This document shows positions 16,831-21,618 of a stretch of DNA of 21,618 bases, one piece after another. The notes under the pieces are model-generated. The model made no database searches. It was not told where the DNA came from and worked only from the letters and a program-made list of their open reading frames with translations. Each line of letters starts with the position of its first letter. Positions within the stretch are counted from its first letter, which is position 1. Source of the stretch: Bacillota bacterium (GTDB lineage Bacteria; Bacillota; Dehalobacteriia; UBA4068; UBA4997). The stretch is from the NCBI GenBank assembly GCA_017398165.1, contig JAFQHB010000215.1:1-21618 (forward strand). The letters run 5' to 3'. The position numbers and the translations under genes are program-made.

Positions 16831-16877
16831 CACCACCCCGCACCGCCCACATCGTTTGGGCGGCACTGCGGACGGTG
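16831..16877 (+). other. Extended imperfect hairpin in the SMR 5' UTR
   Basis: CACC/GGTG (16831-34 with 16874-77), CCGCA/TGCGG (16838-42 with 16867-71) and CCGCCCA/TGGGCGG (16843-49 with 16857-63). No U-tract follows. Confidence 0.45.
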
Positions 16878-16907
16878 TCATTCACTGCTCAAACGGAGGG
16901 TTTCCCG

Positions 16908-17234
16908 ATGATACAATATCTCTTTCTGGCGCTGGCCATCGGCTGCGAGCTTTTGGGCACTACCTGTATGAAATTCGCCGAGGGCTTTACCCGCCCACTG
17001 CCCGCCATCGGCTGCGCGGCCGCCTATATCGCCTGCTTTTTCTTCCTCTCCAAAACCCTGCAATATATGAACCTCAGTGTAGTCTATGCCGTATGGAGCG
17101 GCATTGGCATCATCGCAGCAACGCTGCTTTCGGTATTCCTGTTCCACGAGAGCATCAATCTGCCCGGCATCCTCGGCATCGCGCTGATAGTGGCCGGGGT
17201 GGTGATACTCAATCTGTTCGGCGCCGCACACTGA
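16908..17234 (+). CDS. Small multidrug resistance (SMR) family exporter, EmrE/Qac-like
   Basis: 108 aa with 4 TM. Membrane-embedded Glu14 in IGCELLGTTCMKFAEGFTR is very close to the EmrE motif. YAVWSGIGI present. ATG 16908 lies 7 nt after GGAGGG; the ORF-track N-terminal extension from 16812 has no support. Confidence 0.88.
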   Translation: MIQYLFLALAIGCELLGTTCMKFAEGFTRPLPAIGCAAAYIACFFFLSKTLQYMNLSVVYAVWSGIGIIAATLLSVFLFHESINLPGILGIALIVAGVVILNLFGAAH

Positions 17235-17265
17235 GACATTGACCGCACACAACGGCAAAAGCCGC

Positions 17266-17302
17266 AAGGGAGCTGACGCATAGACGCCAACTCCCTTTTT
17301 TG
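17266..17302 (+). terminator. Rho-independent terminator of the SMR gene
   Basis: AAGGGAG (17266-17272) pairs with CTCCCTT (17291-17297), then TTTTG. Flanked by an outer 9-bp inverted repeat CAAAAGCCG / CGGCTTTTG. Confidence 0.7.
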
Positions 17303-17384
17303 CTGCACTTTTACGGCTTTTGTAATTTTGTTATTAAAATGCATAGAGTTCTGTTTGATGGGGTTATTTGTTACCGATAGTTTT

Positions 17385-17436
17385 GCAACCCCTCAGTCAG
17401 CTTCGCTGCCAGCTCCCCTTACACAGGAGAGCCTTG
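17385..17436. repeat. Dispersed GC-rich hairpin repeat, copy B
   Basis: GCAACCCCTCAGTCAGCTTCGCTGCCAGCTCCCCTTACACAGGAGAGCCTTG. Hairpins CAGC-TTC-GCTG (17398-17408) and GCTCCCC/GGAGAGC (17412-17432). It generates the spurious ORF 17328..17561. Confidence 0.6.
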
Positions 17437-17520
17437 AGGAAAGTGCTTTTTATAGTCAGATTTATTGCAGCAGGCTTTACTTAAACCCTCTATATTCGGC
17501 ACTCTTTCATAACGCCCCTT

Positions 17521-18801
17521 TTACTGCGGCAGATAATAAAACAGCGGGAAGCTCTGCGTAAGCATCGAAATCCCATCAGGCTCCTCATAATAATAGGGAC
17601 AGCGCAGATTCATACAGATCACCCCGTCGGAAGCGGCGGTAAACTGCATATACGGCACCGCGGTAAAGGTATACAGCGAAGATGTCCGGCCGTAATCAGC
17701 CCAGAACGAAGCGAACTGTTCCTCGGTACTGAAGTAATCGGGTGCGGCCGTATGCAGGAAAGTATTGACCTGCACCTTTACCTCATCCGTCAGCAGCAGA
17801 GTGGTCAGATCAACGCCGCTTTTATTGGCCGTATCGTACAGCACGAAATCACTGCCGTCAGAGAGCAGCATATAGCGGTCATCCGTCCACACCAGCTCAG
17901 GTGTACCAAATTCCAGCGTCCGTGCCGTGTTATACAACGCCTTCAGATCATAGGCCACAGCCTGTCCGGTGCTTTCGTCGATACGCTCACCGTCAGGCAG
18001 CCAGACGACATCCGCCAGCACTGTCGGCTCAGGCAGGGCATCGGCGTGGCTTTTCAGATACGTGCTGTAACACTCGCCGCCTGCTGCCGGTACCCAGCCG
18101 TAAAACTCCAGACGCATCGTTACCGCGCCGGAGCTGATGCCCCCGCAGCGCACCAGATAATTACCGGTCTCAGTGGTCTTTACATTCATACTACTCAAAT
18201 ACACATAATCGCTCAGCTCCGGCAGTTCCAGAGTCCCCAGCAGCTCTACCTCGCCGCCAAGAGTCCGTGAGAAATCACCCGTCGCCAGATCCAATACGAA
18301 ATGATGACCGTAGCCATCCCAACGGGTCGAATATGCCAGATAATTTTTAGTGATACGGGCAGATCTATCCCACTCCTGCCATTCCACCTTGCAGAGCAAA
18401 TTCTCCGCCACAAAGCGCAGCGGCAGATACGTCACACCGTCAGCAACATAGCAGCCGCCGGTCATATCCAGCGTCTTCGTTTCACCCTGGGCGGTCAGGC
18501 TGGCGGTATCGTTCCCGGTGTCGATATACAGCACCGCACCGTCCACGCGCACAGCAGTCACCGTCCGCGTAGCAGCATCCCAGTTCACGCTGGCATTACA
18601 CTTCTCAAATATCGTCCTGACAGGCAGATAGGTATAGCCGTCCCGCTGCTGCGCCTCGGCGATCTGCTCACCGTCGGGACAGTCGCCGGCTCCACTGCAA
18701 GGGCAGTCCGCGGCAGCAGCAGCGCCAATATCAGCAGCAGCCCCATCGTCCGCCAAAGCCCTGCCGGGCCTCTGCCATTCTCCATCAAATCTGTCATACA
18801 C
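17521..18801 (-). CDS. Copper amine oxidase N-terminal-like domain protein plus ~275-aa uncharacterised C-terminal domain; N-terminus apparently frameshifted
   Basis: YTYLPVRTIFEKCNASVNWDAATRTVTA ... VTYLPLRFVAENLLCKVEWQ is the repeated motif of the Cu_amine_oxidN1-type domain. The ORF opens at a GTG with no signal peptide; see the 18585..18821 feature. Confidence 0.7.
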   Translation of the reverse strand: MYDRFDGEWQRPGRALADDGAAADIGAAAAADCPCSGAGDCPDGEQIAEAQQRDGYTYLPVRTIFEKCNASVNWDAATRTVTAVRVDGAVLYIDTGNDTASLTAQGETKTLDMTGGCYVADGVTYLPLRFVAENLLCKVEWQEWDRSARITKNYLAYSTRWDGYGHHFVLDLATGDFSRTLGGEVELLGTLELPELSDYVYLSSMNVKTTETGNYLVRCGGISSGAVTMRLEFYGWVPAAGGECYSTYLKSHADALPEPTVLADVVWLPDGERIDESTGQAVAYDLKALYNTARTLEFGTPELVWTDDRYMLLSDGSDFVLYDTANKSGVDLTTLLLTDEVKVQVNTFLHTAAPDYFSTEEQFASFWADYGRTSSLYTFTAVPYMQFTAASDGVICMNLRCPYYYEEPDGISMLTQSFPLFYYLPQ

Positions 18802-18821
18802 ATGGCTTTATTACACCTCAT
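18585..18821 (-). other. Alternative-frame 5' segment carrying the probable ancestral start and signal peptide of the 17521..18801 gene
   Basis: The ATG at 18821 sits in the 25-nt context GTGATAGAGTATGAGGTGTAATAAA, shared (24/25) with the neighbouring gene start. It encodes MRCNKAMCMTDLMENGRGPAGLWRTMGLLLILALLLPRTALA-VEP (n-, h- and c-regions of a signal peptide). The frame is offset by 1 nt from the body ORF. Confidence 0.55.
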
Positions 18822-18846
18822 ACTCTATCACCCTTTTAGCCAATCA

Positions 18847-20046
18847 TTACTTTTCCTGCAGCTCATCCTCCAGAGATACCTGCAGTACCTGCCCGGCGGT
18901 CATCAGCAATATTCCAGAGCCGTCCGGCAGGAGCGCCGCATCCCGAATATCACTGATATTGCTTGCCATATCCCCATCGACAGGGGCAAAGAGCAGCTTT
19001 TCCTCACCGTTTGCCAAATCGACACTCACCAGTCTGTTGTAATCCCCCGAAACCGCAGCCTGTGCGAAATACAGCGTGTCCGCATCCGCCGTCTTCAGAG
19101 AATATTCCCACAGCGTTCCTTTTACGGTATATTTCCCGGTGATCTCGCCCGTCACGGTATCCAGCATCAGATAGTCCACCGCCTGGTCGCCTTTGTCGTT
19201 CAGGTCATATTCCACTTGCAGCACCAGCATATCGCTGTCCGGCACAGCCCACACGCCCTGATAACGCCGCCAAGTCCCGAAATCATCCGCAAAATCCTCG
19301 CCTGCCGTCATCGTCCGCACGCTGCCGTCTGCCGCATCTATCATTGTCAGCTCGCCCAACCGGGTGAGGAAAACAAACTGCTCCGGCGTGCCGTCTGCCG
19401 AGACTGCCATATCCATACTCAATCCCTCGGCATTCGAATACAGCAGCACCTGCGGTTCCTCCGACAGCTTGGCCCTTGCATCATAATAATAGACCCGGGT
19501 AGAGTATTCGCAGGTTTCCCCACAGGATACAATATCACGCATCAACAGCCAACAATCCGGCGCAGCATAAAGTGCCTTGGAGTATGCCTGCAACTCCTGC
19601 GGCACAGCCAGCCCTACGATATCACCGCTCGACATACTCTGCAGCGCAATACGATAGTTTTCCGCATCGCCGCTGTCCGACACTATCCAATCCGCCTCAT
19701 CCAGGCCGAACTCTCCCTCAGCGCCGGTAATGACGGTTGTTTCACCGCCGGGCAGGCAGCGCACCAAACGAATGTCGGTCATACTGCTATAATGCTGATC
19801 CTCATCATATTCCCTGCCGGCGATCGCCAGCAGATAAGACCCGTCATCCAGAGCTTTGATCGCCTCGTAGCTCTCGCTGTTATTATAGTTTTCACTTTCA
19901 GCTACCCGCGAAAGCACCTGATAAGATGCCACCGGCTTGGCATTCTTCGTGGTGACACTGCCGCCGCAGCCACACATCACGCACAACAAAACTACACACA
20001 AAATACCACACAATGCAGACTGCGCTGCTTTTTTATTACACCTCAT
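18847..20046 (-). CDS. Putative lipoprotein of unknown function (acidic, beta-rich, possibly propeller-like)
   Basis: 399 aa. MRCNKKAAQSALCGILCVVLLCVMCGCGG is a signal peptide with a Cys-containing lipobox-like end. Recurrent strand-turn segments (DDGSYLLAI, DGTPEQFVFL, DGSVRTMT, LPDGSGILLM). No catalytic motif recognised. GGAGAG RBS 9 nt before the ATG. Confidence 0.75.
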   Translation of the reverse strand: MRCNKKAAQSALCGILCVVLLCVMCGCGGSVTTKNAKPVASYQVLSRVAESENYNNSESYEAIKALDDGSYLLAIAGREYDEDQHYSSMTDIRLVRCLPGGETTVITGAEGEFGLDEADWIVSDSGDAENYRIALQSMSSGDIVGLAVPQELQAYSKALYAAPDCWLLMRDIVSCGETCEYSTRVYYYDARAKLSEEPQVLLYSNAEGLSMDMAVSADGTPEQFVFLTRLGELTMIDAADGSVRTMTAGEDFADDFGTWRRYQGVWAVPDSDMLVLQVEYDLNDKGDQAVDYLMLDTVTGEITGKYTVKGTLWEYSLKTADADTLYFAQAAVSGDYNRLVSVDLANGEEKLLFAPVDGDMASNISDIRDAALLPDGSGILLMTAGQVLQVSLEDELQEK

Positions 20047-20071
20047 ACTCTGTCACTCTCCTATATCCGGC

Positions 20072-20121
20072 AATAAAACAACAAAACAGCATAAGCCGAG
20101 GCCGCAGCAACTGCGCCCCGG
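20072..20121 (-). terminator. GC-rich hairpin with distal U-rich tract downstream of the fumarase genes
   Basis: Minus strand: CCGGGGCGCAG-TTG-CTGCGGCCTCGG (~11 bp with one bulge, 20096-20121), then CTTATGCTGTTTTGTTGTTTTA. The U-tract is not adjacent to the stem. Confidence 0.4.
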
Positions 20122-20195
20122 CCTATACTGTTCATCTATAGACCTCTGAAATCAACAGATTTCCTGAATTTTTGCGAACACCCTATGAGGGATAA

Positions 20196-20753
20196 TTATA
20201 CCTCACGGAAAGGCAGCTTGCCGGTCTCGTACAGGTTGCCGCCCTCGGCGTCGATAGCCACGAAGCACACCAGATCCTCGACTTCCAGCTTGTGGATAGC
20301 CTCAGCGCCCAGATCCTCGTATGTAATGACCTCACAGCTCTTTACAGCCTTGGCGATAACGGCTGCCGCACCACCGATAGCTGCCAGATAGACGCCCTTG
20401 TGCTTGATCATAGCGTCTACTACTTCTTTGCTGCGGGGGCCTTTGCCCAGCATAGCCTTCATACCCTGCTCCAGCATTGTGGGGGTATAGGGATCCATAC
20501 GATAGGAAGTGGTAGGCCCACAAGAGCCGATCGGTTTGCCCGGTTTGGCCGGTGCGGGGCCGACATAATACATAATCTGACCCTTGATGTCGATAGGCAT
20601 GGGCTCGTTTCTGTCCAGACATTCCACCAGACGTTTGTGGGCAGCATCGCGCCCGGTATAGATAACACCGCTGACGCTGACAACGTCGCCGGCTTTCAGC
20701 TTCATTACATCCTCATCGGTCAGAGGAGTTTGCAGTTTGATAATATCCGCCAT
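20196..20753 (-). CDS. fumB: Class I (Fe-S) fumarate hydratase / tartrate dehydratase family, beta (C-terminal domain) subunit
   Basis: 185 aa. GVIYTGRDAAHKRL, GPTTSYRMD and MLGKG motifs. AAGGAGGGG RBS. Confidence 0.9.
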   Translation of the reverse strand: MADIIKLQTPLTDEDVMKLKAGDVVSVSGVIYTGRDAAHKRLVECLDRNEPMPIDIKGQIMYYVGPAPAKPGKPIGSCGPTTSYRMDPYTPTMLEQGMKAMLGKGPRSKEVVDAMIKHKGVYLAAIGGAAAVIAKAVKSCEVITYEDLGAEAIHKLEVEDLVCFVAIDAEGGNLYETGKLPFREV

Positions 20754-20772
20754 TGTTCATTCCCCTCCTTGA

Positions 20773-21618
20773 TTAAAGCTCAACGCTCTTATGACGCTGG
20801 CTGTGACAGTTCATAGTGACGAAAACCGGCAGAGATGCGATATGGCAGGGGAAATACTCCACATTTACCGCCAATGCAGTCGCTACACCGCCGAGACCCT
20901 GGGGTCCGATACCCAGCTTGTTGATGCGCTCCAGCAGTTCTTCTTCCATCTTGGCATAGTTCGGGTTGGGATTGTGTACGCCGATCTCGCGGTTCAGCGC
21001 TTTCTTGGAAAGGTAAGCGGCATAATCCGCAGTACCGCCGACGCCGACGCCGACCACTACGGGCGGACAGGGCTTGCCGCCGGCAGCATCGACAGTCTCG
21101 ACTACGAAATCCATAACGCCTTTCAGGCCGTCAGCCGGGCGCAGCATACGCACAGCCGAGCAGTTCTCGGCGCCGCCGCCCTTGGGCAGCAGGGTGATCT
21201 TCAGGCCGTCGCCCTCTACGATCTCATAATGAATAACGGCAGGGGTGTTATCCTTGGTGTTGACACGCTCAAAAATCGGCTCTGCCACCATAGATTTACG
21301 CAGATAGCCGTTGGTATAGCCGCGGCGCACACCCTCATTGATAGCGTCCACCAGGCCGCCGCCGGTGATTACCAGCTCCTGACCCATCTCGATAATGAAA
21401 AGTGCGGTGCCGGTATCCTGGCACAGAGCTACCTCTTCCTCGGCAGCTACCTTGTAGTTGTCGCAGACCTGACCCAGGATATATTTACCGATATCCGAGC
21501 CTTCTTTCTCCTGCATATCGCTGAGGGCTTTTTTTACGTCCTCAGGCAGATTGTACGCAGCGTCCATACACAGCTTTTCTACTGCGTCGGTGATCACGCT
21601 TGCCTGCAATTCACGCAT
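20773..21618 (-). CDS. fumA: Class I (Fe-S) fumarate hydratase / tartrate dehydratase family, alpha (catalytic N-terminal domain) subunit
   Basis: 281 aa. LCQDTGTALF, LPKGGGAENCS and GPQGLGG motifs. The ATG falls on the last three bases of the window, and the length is typical, so the gene is probably complete. Confidence 0.9.
   Translation of the reverse strand: MRELQASVITDAVEKLCMDAAYNLPEDVKKALSDMQEKEGSDIGKYILGQVCDNYKVAAEEEVALCQDTGTALFIIEMGQELVITGGGLVDAINEGVRRGYTNGYLRKSMVAEPIFERVNTKDNTPAVIHYEIVEGDGLKITLLPKGGGAENCSAVRMLRPADGLKGVMDFVVETVDAAGGKPCPPVVVGVGVGGTADYAAYLSKKALNREIGVHNPNPNYAKMEEELLERINKLGIGPQGLGGVATALAVNVEYFPCHIASLPVFVTMNCHSQRHKSVEL

Noticed and set aside
16822-16907. Guanidine riboswitch (ykkC, mini-ykkC or ykkC-III) upstream of the SMR gene.
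   Set aside because: Two ACGG tetranucleotides are present, but they are not closed by G-C stems as in mini-ykkC. No ykkC or ykkC-III conserved blocks were seen. The protein looks EmrE/Qac-like rather than Gdx-like.
17328-17561. 77-aa plus-strand ORF in the SMR / secreted-protein intergenic region.
   Set aside because: It is translated through the dispersed hairpin repeat (..PQSASLPAPLTQESL..), has no RBS, and overlaps the 3' end of the convergent gene. Most likely a repeat-derived artefact.
18585-18801. Programmed -1 ribosomal frameshifting as the explanation for the two-frame secreted protein gene.
   Set aside because: No X XXY YYZ slippery heptamer, and no obvious downstream stimulatory structure in the overlap. 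A mutation or sequencing error is more parsimonious, so it is kept only as a minor alternative in the finding.

Overview
High-GC (roughly 58-60%) Firmicutes/Clostridia-like chromosomal core region, transcribed almost entirely on the minus strand. It holds rplI and a DUF2232/YybS-like membrane protein, then a divergent mscL. An eight-gene aromatic amino-acid supraoperon follows (pheA, aroB, aroC, aroE-aroK fusion, aroQ, aroF, aroA, tyrA; 11348 down to 2561). It encodes all seven shikimate steps plus chorismate mutase/prephenate dehydratase and prephenate dehydrogenase. Next come ilvC, a glyA / dCMP deaminase / wecB / AtpZ-like cluster, a divergent EmrE-type SMR exporter, two tandem secreted proteins of unknown function, and a two-subunit class I fumarate hydratase. 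I found no tRNA/rRNA, CRISPR array, transposase/integrase or recognisable defence or toxin genes, and I cannot support a novel multi-gene system here; this is mostly ordinary housekeeping DNA. Seven things merit a second look. (1) The secreted-protein pair at 17521-20046 shares a near-identical 25-nt start region, and in one member the start and signal peptide lie in a different frame from the body. (2) An AtpZ/AtpI-like two-TM protein with a long acidic N-terminal extension sits where an atp operon would be expected. (3) The 137-nt aroB-aroC spacer is strongly structured and ends in a terminator-like hairpin. (4) Three CATATCA boxes are phased at exactly 10 bp upstream of aroF. (5) Short tandem repeats fill several spacers, and one motif (ACTTATTCACT) recurs at two loci 7.4 kb apart. 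(6) A dispersed GC-rich hairpin repeat has a CTGTG(T/C)AA loop in 2-3 copies. (7) aroE and aroK are fused. The many long plus-strand ORFs in the track are antisense shadow ORFs typical of GC-rich DNA.
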